Source: Methanobacteriota archaeon (lineage in GTDB: Archaea > Hydrothermarchaeota > Hydrothermarchaeia > Hydrothermarchaeales > JACRDW01). Taken from it: a DNA stretch of 52,486 nt. Under the pieces are notes generated by a model. That model ran no database searches. It worked only from the letters and a program-made list of their open reading frames with translations, and was not told the origin of the DNA. The DNA lies in the NCBI GenBank assembly GCA_043820925.1, contig JBDRDL010000057.1:1-52486 (forward strand), read 5' to 3'. Position 1 is the first letter of the stretch. Every line of letters begins with the position of its first letter. Position numbers and translations under genes: made by a program. Shown piece after piece: positions 1 through 8,406 of this stretch.

Positions 1-183
1 CTTGCCATGGGTCTATCGGCGATTGGAGCTGGATATGCCATAGGTCATGCGGGCGCTGCTGGTGTTGGAGCTATAGCCGAAAAACCAGAAGTTGCCACTT
101 GGGCATTGATTATGGTCGCCCTAGCAGAAGGAATTGCTCTCTACGGGCTTGTGATTGCCTTCATGCTGATAGGAAAGCTATAA
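1..183 (+). CDS. atpK: A-type (A1Ao) ATP synthase proteolipid subunit K, C-terminal fragment (5' end outside window)
   Basis: The frame is open from base 1 to TAA at 181-183. The translation, ..GAGYAIGHAGAAGVGAIAEKPE..ALAEGIALYGLVIAFMLIGKL, is a Gly/Ala-rich helical hairpin with the conserved carboxylate typical of c/K ring subunits. atpC starts 2 nt downstream. Confidence 0.75.
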   Translation, partial: LAMGLSAIGAGYAIGHAGAAGVGAIAEKPEVATWALIMVALAEGIALYGLVIAFMLIGKL

Positions 184-184
184 A

Positions 185-1219
185 ATGTCGATTTCAGAGT
201 ATGCATATATAAACGCAAAAGTAAGTGCGATGAAATCCTTTTTGCTGGACGCTTCTGTGCTTAAGGCGATGGCAGAGGCAAAAAGCCCGGAGGATGCGCT
301 TTCTATCCTAAAGAATACTCCCTACGGCAGAGAGCTTGCGAAGTTATCTTCTTCTTCCCTCATAGACGTCGAGAAGGTTTTAACGACGGGCTTGGTGCAC
401 GATTACGAAAAAATTTCTAAGCCGCTCATGGGAATTACGGAAATTTTTATGGAGCAGTATGCAAAAAAATTCGAGATAGCATCGATAAAAACGCTCATAA
501 CAATGAAAGTCTCTGGGGAAAAGGTTAGAGAATACCCTTGGATACCATTCAAGACCATGACAGAGTCGACGATTGAGAGATTGCTCCAGATGGAAACTCT
601 GGAGGAGCTTATCGAGATGCTGAAGTTAACCGAATATTATCCTATTCTGCGAAAGGTGCTTTCAGAGTACAAGGCAGGGAACGCATATCCGTTCATCGTG
701 GCACTTGACAAGTACGTATATGGAGAACTGGGCAGTATTATGGAAGCTATGCACGGTAAGGACAGGGAAATAGCGAGAAACTCGGTTGGAGTGGAGATAG
801 ACGCAAAAAATCTAACCGCAGCTCTTAGGTTAAGAGGCGCAGAAGAAAAAACTTGCAAGGATTGTTTAATACCGTACAGGCACAAGCTTAATGATGCTGC
901 GCTGAGGATACTCATCGAGACGAAACGGACAAGCGAGCTTATCTCCCAGTTACCTGGTATGCCTTATGGAGAAATTATTCTCCAGGGGATTAAAGAATAT
1001 GAAAAGACAGGCACATTCTTTCAACTGGAGCTAAGCTTCAGGAAATACCTTTTGAAAATAAGTAGGCAGGCCTTTCAAGGCGACAGGTTCCACATAGGAG
1101 TTCCAATTGCCTATCTAAATCTAAAAGAAAACGAAGTTAGAAACATAATAGCAATATTAAAGGCAAAGGAAGCTGGCTTATCTGCTTCTGAGATGGAAGA
1201 TTTGGTGGTAATTGCGTAG
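185..1219 (+). CDS. atpC: A-type ATP synthase subunit C (V-type d / AC39 family)
   Basis: 344-aa ORF. The N-terminus YAYINAKVSAMKSFLL and the all-helical repeat organisation match the AC39/subunit C family. It lies immediately after atpK. Confidence 0.8.
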   Translation: MSISEYAYINAKVSAMKSFLLDASVLKAMAEAKSPEDALSILKNTPYGRELAKLSSSSLIDVEKVLTTGLVHDYEKISKPLMGITEIFMEQYAKKFEIASIKTLITMKVSGEKVREYPWIPFKTMTESTIERLLQMETLEELIEMLKLTEYYPILRKVLSEYKAGNAYPFIVALDKYVYGELGSIMEAMHGKDREIARNSVGVEIDAKNLTAALRLRGAEEKTCKDCLIPYRHKLNDAALRILIETKRTSELISQLPGMPYGEIILQGIKEYEKTGTFFQLELSFRKYLLKISRQAFQGDRFHIGVPIAYLNLKENEVRNIIAILKAKEAGLSASEMEDLVVIA

Positions 1220-1227
1220 GTGGCTGG

Positions 1228-1626
1228 ATGGGGCAAAAAAGCCTGATAGAATTCACGAGCTACTTTTTAATTGCCCTGCTGATAGGCATAACTTTAGCTA
1301 TTGGTGCTTCAGTAGCAGTAGGTATAATCGGGAAGGTAAGCCTTCTAAATGTAATACTTCTTCTCGCAGTCATACATGCGGTTTCCTACTTCCTGCTGCG
1401 AGGCGACTATAAGAAAAATTTCAATAATGTTATAAGAATCGGCATAGTAGCAATACTCTTTCAACTAATATTTTTAGGCTGGGCAATAATTCTGAGCACA
1501 GTAGGAATATCAATGTACGCTCTCTTTACAGCAATCGCAGTGATAGGAACGTATGGAATAGCAAGGACCAAGACACTCGATAGGATACTGGAAAAAATAT
1601 ATCCAGCACGAAAAACGAAAAGCTGA
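1228..1626 (+). CDS. small integral membrane protein, unknown function
   Basis: 132-aa ORF whose ATG lies 9 nt after the atpC stop. It has about four hydrophobic helices. No family recognised. Confidence 0.5.
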   Translation: MGQKSLIEFTSYFLIALLIGITLAIGASVAVGIIGKVSLLNVILLLAVIHAVSYFLLRGDYKKNFNNVIRIGIVAILFQLIFLGWAIILSTVGISMYALFTAIAVIGTYGIARTKTLDRILEKIYPARKTKS

Positions 1627-1670
1627 TGGAAACCGACGTAGGTGGTCATATATGCCAGCATTCAGACCAC

Positions 1671-2699
1671 CTACATCCTATGTTCTGAGCCGTGCTCGAA
1701 CTGTTCTAATTCCAGCTGCGCCTTCCATTTTTCTTTGCAACCGCAGTTGCAGTTTAAATTTAAATGTTCTTCGTTTTGTTCAGCAGAAAAATCTATTATT
1801 CCATAGTAAACTTTACTGTCGCATTCGCCGCAGTTATGCGCCCCCCTTTGCTTTCCGGCAGCTGTCGGATGGCTGAGCACCGGAATTTTCATCTTTTTCT
1901 TAACGCTCTTCAAAATCTCAGCAATGCTCCATAACCATGGCGGAGAATATTCTCCCTTCCTCCAGAGATACTCGACGAGTGTTGCCCTCTGAATATTAAC
2001 GGGGTTGAAAGAAATTCTATCCGCACCGAGCTTGCAGGCATCGACGGCAGATGCTATCGCATCGCCTATGGCTTCTCTCTCGCTCAGAAAAGGAGGCTTC
2101 ACGAGCAAATATGCCTTCACTTTTACTCCAGAATTCCTGCAAATTTTTAATGCTTTCTTGAAATCCTCCAGAGTAAAATTCTTGTTTATGCAGTTCTCCC
2201 TTATGTAGTCGCTGGTAGTTTCTAATCCGATGCCAATTTCAAACTCAGCATTCAGCTTTTCCTTTACAGCGAGTGCATCTTCTGTTATAAATTCAGGTCT
2301 CGACTCGACCTGTACCTGAATTATTTCGCTTCGCCTGTTGATTTCAGAAAAAATTTTTTTTGCAGTATCTTGAGAAATTTCTGAGGAGTCGAAAAAACTT
2401 CCAGAGTTGAAAATTTTCAGGTATTTTATATCCTCAAAATTTTTCATCACAGCCTTAAACTGACGCAAAATTTCCTCCTGGCTATTATTCCAGGAATCGT
2501 AAACATAGCCGCACATCGTGCAGCCCGAGTTTCGACCCCACCTGCATCCGAGAGTAGGGAGTATAACGACGCCCGCATTTACTGCCCTGTCCAAGAAATC
2601 TTTCTCCTTCCAGAAAGTCGCTTCGCTCCTTCCCTTAAACTTCGCAAGTCCTGCCTTCCTTATTTTTTGCACAGCTTCGTTCAGCGCTTGATTGACCAT
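1671..2699 (-). CDS. radical SAM protein of the TIGR01210 family (RaSEA, archaeosine formation partner of ArcS)
   Basis: 342-aa ORF with the cluster motif GCRWGRNSGCTMCGY plus the FNSGSFFD and GLETTSD blocks typical of this family. The arcS halves are on the same strand 1.3 kb upstream. Confidence 0.7.
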   Translation of the reverse strand: MVNQALNEAVQKIRKAGLAKFKGRSEATFWKEKDFLDRAVNAGVVILPTLGCRWGRNSGCTMCGYVYDSWNNSQEEILRQFKAVMKNFEDIKYLKIFNSGSFFDSSEISQDTAKKIFSEINRRSEIIQVQVESRPEFITEDALAVKEKLNAEFEIGIGLETTSDYIRENCINKNFTLEDFKKALKICRNSGVKVKAYLLVKPPFLSEREAIGDAIASAVDACKLGADRISFNPVNIQRATLVEYLWRKGEYSPPWLWSIAEILKSVKKKMKIPVLSHPTAAGKQRGAHNCGECDSKVYYGIIDFSAEQNEEHLNLNCNCGCKEKWKAQLELEQFEHGSEHRM

Positions 2700-3726
2700 G
2701 CAGCACCTCTGAGATTTTATTTTTTAACTCATCAAAGCCGATATTGTACTTTGCAGACATTGCGACGCAATTTCCAATTTTTTTCTCTTCTATTGCATTA
2801 CCCAAATCGATTTTATTCAGGACATAAACGACTGGAATATGGTCTGCTCCAATATTTACAAGCGTGTTTTCGCATATCTCTTTTTTCCTGAGGAATTCCT
2901 CCAGAGGCTCGGAGGCATCCAAAACGAGAAGCACCAAATCAGAATTTTTTATTTCGCCGAGCGTCGCCGTGAATGCGTAGATAAGCTCGTGAGGCAGGTT
3001 CCTTATGAAGCCCAAGGTATCGTTTACAAAAACTTTCTCTCCGCCGAGCTTTATGCATGCAGTTTTTGTTCTCAAGGTCGTGAACAGCTCATCTCTCGCC
3101 TCTTCCTGCAGTTTTGCCAGTCCGTTGAGTATCGTCGTCTTTCCGACGTTAGTATATCCAGCGATGGAAACAACTTTTCCTTTTTCTTTTCTCCTCTTAC
3201 TCTGCAGCGCTACCCTTTCCTGAAATCTCTCCAGCTTTTTTTCTATTTTCTTTATCCTCTTGTGCAAAGCGCTTACAGTCGAATGAATTATATACTCTCC
3301 GCTGCTCCCGAAGCCGGGATGCTCTTCTCTGACTTTTCTGCCGAGGAAAATCTTTATGTACGGCAGCTTGCGCTTGAGCCTTGCAAGCTCGATCTGCAGC
3401 CTCGCTTCCCTGCTCTTCGCATGCTTTTCGAAAACATTGAGAATTAAGTCAAACTTGTCTATTACAGGAATTTTGAATTTTTCTTCGAGGCTCATAACCT
3501 GCCTTGAGTTCAGGTAATCCTCGAATATCGCCAGTTTAACTCTGTTCTCTCGAATGAAATTCGAAATCTCCTCAACCTTTCCTTCCCCTATGAGAAATCT
3601 AGCCCTGGGTCTCGAAAATTGAGCGAAGGTTTTCACTACTTCATACTCACCGGTGTGCGCTAGGAGCTTTATCTCCTCCTGCCTTGCCTCGTCAGGAGCT
3701 GTTACAACTACAATAGCCTTATCCAT
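2635..3726 (-). CDS. hflX: GTPase HflX
   Basis: P-loop GYTNVGKTT, G3 DTLGFI, G4 NKID and an HflX-type N-terminal domain. I prefer the ATG at 3726 (MDKAIVVV) over the TTG at 3732 used by the ORF track. The 3' end overlaps the RaSEA start by 65 nt. Confidence 0.85.
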   Translation of the reverse strand: MDKAIVVVTAPDEARQEEIKLLAHTGEYEVVKTFAQFSRPRARFLIGEGKVEEISNFIRENRVKLAIFEDYLNSRQVMSLEEKFKIPVIDKFDLILNVFEKHAKSREARLQIELARLKRKLPYIKIFLGRKVREEHPGFGSSGEYIIHSTVSALHKRIKKIEKKLERFQERVALQSKRRKEKGKVVSIAGYTNVGKTTILNGLAKLQEEARDELFTTLRTKTACIKLGGEKVFVNDTLGFIRNLPHELIYAFTATLGEIKNSDLVLLVLDASEPLEEFLRKKEICENTLVNIGADHIPVVYVLNKIDLGNAIEEKKIGNCVAMSAKYNIGFDELKNKISEVLHGQSSAERSCAKNKEGRTCEV

Positions 3727-3790
3727 TTTCAAACGTAGAAAATTTTGCCTTCAGCAAAATTTTCAGACGTTGAAAATTTCTACGTTGAAA
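3727..3790. repeat. AT-rich compound palindrome (copy X) abutting the hflX start codon
   Basis: The sequence TTTCAAACG-TA-GAAAATTTTGC-cttca-GCAAAATTTTC-AGA-CGTTGAAA is followed by a further CGTTGAAA. A second copy lies at 5564-5609. Confidence 0.6.
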
Positions 3791-3791
3791 T

Positions 3792-3959
3792 ATGATATTC
3801 TCAGAAATAAAATTTTGGATAGAACTTTTCTTTCTGTTAGACGGCACTATATTGATGGTCGTCGGAGCTATTAAAGACCCGATTTCATACGCTCTAATCG
3901 CCCTCGGGGCTACGCTGATGATTGGAGTCGTGATTCTGGAGACAAGAGTTTTGCGTTAA
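3792..3959 (+). CDS. possible 55-aa hydrophobic peptide
   Basis: An ATG at 3792 opens a frame to TAA at 3957-3959, translating MIFSEIKFWIELFFLLDGTILMVVGAIKDPISYALIALGATLMIGVVILETRVLR with two hydrophobic stretches. It is below the ORF-track size cutoff and has no homology support. Confidence 0.3.
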   Translation: MIFSEIKFWIELFFLLDGTILMVVGAIKDPISYALIALGATLMIGVVILETRVLR

Positions 3960-4885
3960 ATTGCTCTGTGCCTGAGCGAGACTGCCAAGCCTTTTTTTGC
4001 TCTAACCATTTCCACACCGCTTAGCATCGCTTTTCCGACCCCGACAACTTCTCTTCCGTGAATGACAATCACCTCACCGGCGGGTCTTATGTCTTTGTCA
4101 GCCTCATCGACACCCACACAAAAGATGCTATTCGTAGTCGGCTTGAAGGATATCTCGACTGAATACTTTTCATACTCTCCAAGCAGTTTGCCTCCGAGCA
4201 GGGATAGGACGAGAAATCCGTTATTGGGATTTACCGCAGCGACCTGCTCATTGCCTAGGAAAATTTGGCGTCCTCTCACAGCAGCATCCCTGGGAACCAA
4301 ATATTCACCAGAGCCCCTGCCGAACTGAAAATCGCAGAGCGTCCTGAGCAACCCTAACTTGTCCATCTTTGCTGGAGGAAAATCTTTCAACACCTCTGAA
4401 ACTCTCTGCTCAAGCTCCTGAAGAGATTCTTTCGACAGAATGCGCTCCTTTGTCAGCGGAATATCCGCTTCCTCGCAAATCTCCCTATAAGCTCCGTCCA
4501 CGTGAGCAAGCATCGCAGCATTCGTTTTTTTCATGTAGTCAGCGAGCAACTCGACTGCGATACCCTTTTCTTCACCGCTCCAGTGTCCTGTTACAGGAAC
4601 GTTATAGTGCGCAGCCGGATATACAGCTTCCAGCTCTCTGGGCACTAAGCCGAGTGGCGAGGTAAGAATGACCTCGTGCACGAGCGCAATTTTTTCTTTC
4701 GCTCCCTTTTGAATGTACTTCTGAAAAAGCATGTGCGACTTAGACTTGGAATAAGGCTTCCTTGCAGAGCAGGGCAGAATTACGGTCAGCTTTACACCTT
4801 GCGGTGGGGCGTAGCGCTCTTTCATTCTCTTGTGCCATCTGAGCACTTCTGGTCTGTGCAGCGATTCTGCCGTTATTAAATTCAT
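3956..4885 (-). CDS. arcS: archaeosine synthase ArcS, C-terminal half (DUF5591-type domain plus PUA domain)
   Basis: The LPCSARKPYSKS motif is typical of the ArcS/DUF5591 core, and there is a C-terminal PUA-like block (GREVVGVGKAMLSGVEMVRAKKGLAVSLRH). I start it at the ATG at 4885 (MNLITAES), 10 nt after the stop of the upstream TGT-like ORF. Confidence 0.7.
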   Translation of the reverse strand: MNLITAESLHRPEVLRWHKRMKERYAPPQGVKLTVILPCSARKPYSKSKSHMLFQKYIQKGAKEKIALVHEVILTSPLGLVPRELEAVYPAAHYNVPVTGHWSGEEKGIAVELLADYMKKTNAAMLAHVDGAYREICEEADIPLTKERILSKESLQELEQRVSEVLKDFPPAKMDKLGLLRTLCDFQFGRGSGEYLVPRDAAVRGRQIFLGNEQVAAVNPNNGFLVLSLLGGKLLGEYEKYSVEISFKPTTNSIFCVGVDEADKDIRPAGEVIVIHGREVVGVGKAMLSGVEMVRAKKGLAVSLRHRAI

Positions 4886-4895
4886 ACAATACCTT

Positions 4896-5798
4896 CTACA
4901 GCGACACAGCAGTATATTTCTCCAAAAAATCCTGCTTATCTCTGTCAAGCAGCCTGAGAATTACCATAGATGCGGCGTCGCACGAGGCTTTTTCCTCCAC
5001 GAGCTCCCTCATGCTGTCGCTTCTTATCGCCTCTCTTATCTCCCTTACAACCTGCACCGCTGTATTGAAATTGTGCGTGAGAATATCATTAAACTCCAGC
5101 TCAAAAGGAGCTCTGGTTTTACAAATCTCACAGAAGCAGGGAAGTTCTTTAAGGCTTTGCAACTTCAAAAAACCTCTCGCTGTTATTAGTTTTTTTTCTC
5201 TCGCCTTTAAAACACAGTCCGCAGAATCGAACAAGTCAATACCCATGTATGCGAGCAAGTAAAACATGTGCGGCGGTGCGAAAGGAAGATATAAAGCAGA
5301 ATTCGGAGAAATCGTATCCCTGGCCCTTGTTACTATCTCAACGAGCAGCCTTGGATTTTTAACTAATTTTGCGCCGTTTGCAATTACCAGTAGAGGACGG
5401 TCTTCTAATTCCCGGGCGCACTTTTCTCTTAGGTCAATGTATTTTGACCCCTGAATAACCGCTCCCTGCCCAGGATAATTTTTGGCAAACTCTACTGTCC
5501 TCCTAACAGCTACTTCAGCTATGCTTCTCGGAACGTTCAGCCCAGCGTGCTCATCAGGCAGTATTTCAACGCCTGAAAATTTTGCAAAGCAAAATTTTCG
5601 ACGTTGAAAAAAACTTCCGCAGTCATAAACCACTGGCTTCTTCTTAGTTTTGAAATCGCAGGAAGCCAGATAAATGTCGTGGTTGAGATTTATGCCTTTG
5701 ACTAAATTCAGGAAAAAATTAGGAGTCCGAATTACGTCGTCATTGCAGCGCAGCTTGCCTAATCTAGCAGGTCCGCAGTGCTTGAGAATTTCAATCAT
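4896..5798 (-). CDS. arcS: ArcS N-terminal half (tRNA-guanine transglycosylase-like domain) as a separate ORF
   Basis: 300-aa ORF whose N-terminus [23 protein letters not shown] and overall layout resemble the TGT-like domain of ArcS/ArcTGT. It ends at a TAG 10 nt before the DUF5591/PUA ORF, which is in another frame. Confidence 0.6.
   Translation of the reverse strand: MIEILKHCGPARLGKLRCNDDVIRTPNFFLNLVKGINLNHDIYLASCDFKTKKKPVVYDCGSFFQRRKFCFAKFSGVEILPDEHAGLNVPRSIAEVAVRRTVEFAKNYPGQGAVIQGSKYIDLREKCARELEDRPLLVIANGAKLVKNPRLLVEIVTRARDTISPNSALYLPFAPPHMFYLLAYMGIDLFDSADCVLKAREKKLITARGFLKLQSLKELPCFCEICKTRAPFELEFNDILTHNFNTAVQVVREIREAIRSDSMRELVEEKASCDAASMVILRLLDRDKQDFLEKYTAVSL
5564..5609. repeat. AT-rich compound palindrome (copy Y) inside the arcS N-half coding sequence
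   Basis: The sequence is TTTCAACG-CCT-GAAAATTTTGC-aaa-GCAAAATTTTC-GA-CGTTGAAA. It shares 33 identical arm positions with copy X at 3727-3790 and encodes ..[15 protein letters not shown].. in frame. Confidence 0.6.
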
Positions 5799-5856
5799 GC
5801 ATTTTAATTATCGCCTATCAGATAAAGTTTTATGCCAGGAATTTAAAGTTATATGC

Positions 5857-6435
5857 ATGGACAGGCTCACGCACTACTTCAATAAGCCCGGCTATAGAAA
5901 TACTGACAATGTTTTGAAATATGCTAAGGAGAGAGCAAAGGAGCTTGGAATTAAGCGAATCGTTATCGCTTCTGTTACCGGCAAAACCGCTGTAAAGGCT
6001 CTAGAAGTATTCAAGGGCACTGGAATAAAGCTCATAGAAGTAACGTATCACGCAGGATTTTCAAATCCTGACGAAATCGAGTTAGAGAAACAGAACAGAA
6101 AAATCCTAGAAAAGCGCAAGGTTCCAATACTTATTTGCTCCCATGCGCTAAGCGGCGTCGAGAGGGCAATCTCGCGCAAGTTTGGAGGCATCTCTCCTGT
6201 CGAGGTGATTGCGGCGGCGCTGCGGGGACTTTTCGGAGAGGGTCTTAAAACATGCGTCGAAATCTCTGTAATGGCGGCGGATGCAGGTCTCGTTAGTACA
6301 AGCGAGGAGATAATCGCAATAGGCGGCACGGGCGGCATAGGCGTAGATACAGCCTGCGTTATCCGCCCGGCAAACATGAACCGCTTCTTTGATTTAGAAG
6401 TCAGGGAAATAATTTGCATACCGAGGGTGCACTAA
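5857..6435 (+). CDS. pyruvate kinase alpha/beta (C-terminal) domain-like protein
   Basis: From the ATG at 5857 the translation [46 protein letters not shown] matches the conserved archaeal PK_C-like family. The upstream 61 codons of the track ORF overlap the arcS-N start and look non-coding. Confidence 0.6.
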   Translation: MDRLTHYFNKPGYRNTDNVLKYAKERAKELGIKRIVIASVTGKTAVKALEVFKGTGIKLIEVTYHAGFSNPDEIELEKQNRKILEKRKVPILICSHALSGVERAISRKFGGISPVEVIAAALRGLFGEGLKTCVEISVMAADAGLVSTSEEIIAIGGTGGIGVDTACVIRPANMNRFFDLEVREIICIPRVH

Positions 6436-6445
6436 GAGTAACAAA

Positions 6446-6847
6446 TTAATCAATCCCTATTCTCTTAACACCTCTAACTCCATCAAAATCCACATCATCC
6501 GAGATAATTTCCTTTATTTTAAGTTCTTCCATGACAGCCAGATGAATAGCATCTCTCGGCTTAAGATTATACTTTTGTATGTATTTTACAGCAGTTTTGG
6601 GTGCAGCGGCAGAAGTAGCAACAATGGTCAAGTTAGGCATGTGATAAATGTCGTCTATAACTTCCTCGATTAATTCTCTTCTATTATTTCTTACCAGTAC
6701 CCATAGAATTTCATCGAGCGTTAAAGAAGAAGTAACAGTAGAATGCTTCCCTTCTATTATCTCCTGTTGTAGAGCCCTTGCATTTTCACCTAGTTTCGTG
6801 TTGTCGAGGAGCGCAAATACAAAGAAGTTAGCATCCAAATATTTCAT
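6446..6847 (-). CDS. vapC: PIN-domain toxin VapC
   Basis: 133 aa with the PIN acidic residues in context (YLDAN, LDEI, RDAIH, SDDVDF). It overlaps the upstream antitoxin ORF by 4 nt. Confidence 0.8.
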   Translation of the reverse strand: MKYLDANFFVFALLDNTKLGENARALQQEIIEGKHSTVTSSLTLDEILWVLVRNNRRELIEEVIDDIYHMPNLTIVATSAAAPKTAVKYIQKYNLKPRDAIHLAVMEELKIKEIISDDVDFDGVRGVKRIGID

Positions 6848-7086
6848 AAAACCTCTTCGTACAGCTTATCGCCGTATAGTACCTCCTTCCTCACGTTTGC
6901 TCCTTTCTCCCTCGCAATATTGCCCCACTTTTTGGGAATGTCTTTTTTAGTAGATGTTATAATTAACTCGTCTTTTTCAAGTTTCATGATAACTTCCCCT
7001 CCTTCCTTTACACCTAAATTATCTCTAAAAATTTTTGGAATCACTATCTGTCCTTTCGTTCCAATCTTCGTTTTTGCTATAGTCAT
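6844..7086 (-). CDS. vapB: AbrB/SpoVT-type antitoxin VapB
   Basis: 80 aa. The N-terminal TKIGTKGQIVIPKIFRDNLGVKEGGEV is a swapped-hairpin AbrB/MazE fold signature. It is coupled to vapC. Confidence 0.8.
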   Translation of the reverse strand: MTIAKTKIGTKGQIVIPKIFRDNLGVKEGGEVIMKLEKDELIITSTKKDIPKKWGNIAREKGANVRKEVLYGDKLYEEVL

Positions 7087-7125
7087 ACCTAAAGTATGAA
7101 CAAATCGTACCGAGTGTATGAATTT

Positions 7126-8283
7126 TTAAAACTGGGCTATTCCAATCTCTTCATCAGTCAGATAGCACGCAGGGTCAGGTGCCCAAACATCGCCGTAAGC
7201 CGCTTCTGCACGGACTCTAAAATTGCCGTTGCAGATGTCGAGATACTTGCAAGCTCCACACCGCCCCTTCAGCAGATGTTTTCTGCTCTTTAGCCCAGCC
7301 ATAAGCGGGTCGGTTGTATCGCTCCATATCTCGCCGAACTTGCGCTCTCTAACGTTGCCGAATGAATAGTGCCTCCAGAACTGGTCTGCGTGAACATATC
7401 CGAAGTTGTCAACGTTTGCTATCGCAATGCCAGAGTTGTTGCCTCCGTTCCACCTCAGCAGTTGCAGCACTTCTTCTGCTCTCTCTGGCTGTTCCTCTTT
7501 TACTCTCAGATAGAGATAAACTCCATCCGTATGGTTGTCCACAGTTAGAATTTCGGTATCCACTCTTCTCCTGCAGAAGTCGAGAGTCTTATCGAAAATG
7601 AAATCCACAACCCTGCGAGTCTGCTTTCGTGTGAGGTCTTCCTTAATCATTTTACTCCCCCTGCCAGAATAGACGAGATGATAGAAGCACGCCCTCGGTA
7701 TTTTCTCCTTCTCAATTAAATCGAAAATCGCAGGAATGTCTCGATAGTTGTGCTTGCTGATTGTGAAGCGGAGCCCGACCCTTACATTTGCTTCCTTGCA
7801 GTTGCGAATTCCTTGGAGTGCTTCTTCAAAAGCTCCCTTCTTGCCCCGAAACTTATCGTTGGTCTTTCCAATGCCGTCGAGGCTTATTCCTACGTATGAA
7901 AAATTCGCTTCTTTTATTTTCTGCGCCGTCTCAGGCGTTATTAGAGTGCCGTTTGTAGAGATTACGGTTCTAAGTCCAAGCGAGACTGCGAATTTTCCGA
8001 GCCCGAATAAATCGCTCCTCATAAGAGGCTCGCCTCCAGAAAAAAGGAGAACAGGAACTTTGAACTCTGCTAAGTCTGAGATGAATTTTTTTGCCTCCTG
8101 CGTCGTTAGTTCTCCCTCAAACTCCCTATTCGCTGCATTTGCATAGCAGTGCATGCAGCGCAGATTGCAGCGCTGCGAGACGTTCCAGACCACTATCGGC
8201 TTTTTATCCTTCGAGAATCTACCGTATCTGAGCGCATCTCCGACGCTCGCAGTTCCGCACAGCAGCTTTGTGCATCCTATCAT
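7126..8283 (-). CDS. ahbC: NirJ-like radical SAM/SPASM enzyme of the alternative heme pathway, tentatively AhbC
   Basis: Motifs include CNLRCMHCY, FSGGEPLMR and a C-terminal SPASM Cys cluster (GRCGACKYLDICNG). It lies directly downstream of two AhbA/B-type genes. I prefer the ATG at 8283 (MIGCTKLL), which has GAGGAG 9 nt upstream, over the TTG at 8301. The AhbC versus AhbD assignment is tentative. Confidence 0.65.
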   Translation of the reverse strand: MIGCTKLLCGTASVGDALRYGRFSKDKKPIVVWNVSQRCNLRCMHCYANAANREFEGELTTQEAKKFISDLAEFKVPVLLFSGGEPLMRSDLFGLGKFAVSLGLRTVISTNGTLITPETAQKIKEANFSYVGISLDGIGKTNDKFRGKKGAFEEALQGIRNCKEANVRVGLRFTISKHNYRDIPAIFDLIEKEKIPRACFYHLVYSGRGSKMIKEDLTRKQTRRVVDFIFDKTLDFCRRRVDTEILTVDNHTDGVYLYLRVKEEQPERAEEVLQLLRWNGGNNSGIAIANVDNFGYVHADQFWRHYSFGNVRERKFGEIWSDTTDPLMAGLKSRKHLLKGRCGACKYLDICNGNFRVRAEAAYGDVWAPDPACYLTDEEIGIAQF

Positions 8284-8404
8284 TTTCAATCCACTCCTCA
8301 AAACTCACTTCGTTCGTTTTTCGTCGTGTCTTGACCCACTGGGTCTCGGCATGAGCAATCATTCGCTCTCGCTTATATGAAAAGCTTGATTGTGAAGTGC
8401 TGAG
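8284..8404 (-). promoter_or_regulatory. structured leader/intercistronic RNA element, copy A
   Basis: The whole 123-nt spacer between the ahbA/B-like stop and the ahbC start is homologous to 30620-30760. It is identical over GGGTCAAGACACGACGA and GAGGAGTGGATTGAAA, with shared CTCAGCACTT and CAAGCTT blocks further 5'. Confidence 0.6.
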
Positions 8405-8406
8405 AA

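Noticed and set aside
2341-2420. AT-rich strings in the RaSEA gene resembling parts of the 3727/5564 palindrome (TCGAAAAAACTTCC, GTTGAAAATTTTCAGG).
   Set aside because: Only short pieces match, and they encode the family-conserved FNSGSFFD motif. The similarity is explained by shared GSFF codons rather than a third element copy.
4896-4898. TAG ending arcS-N, considered as pyrrolysine or read-through joining the two ArcS halves.
   Set aside because: The downstream half is in a different reading frame, and in-frame read-through gives non-homologous sequence. A separate SD-like AAGGT precedes the second ATG.
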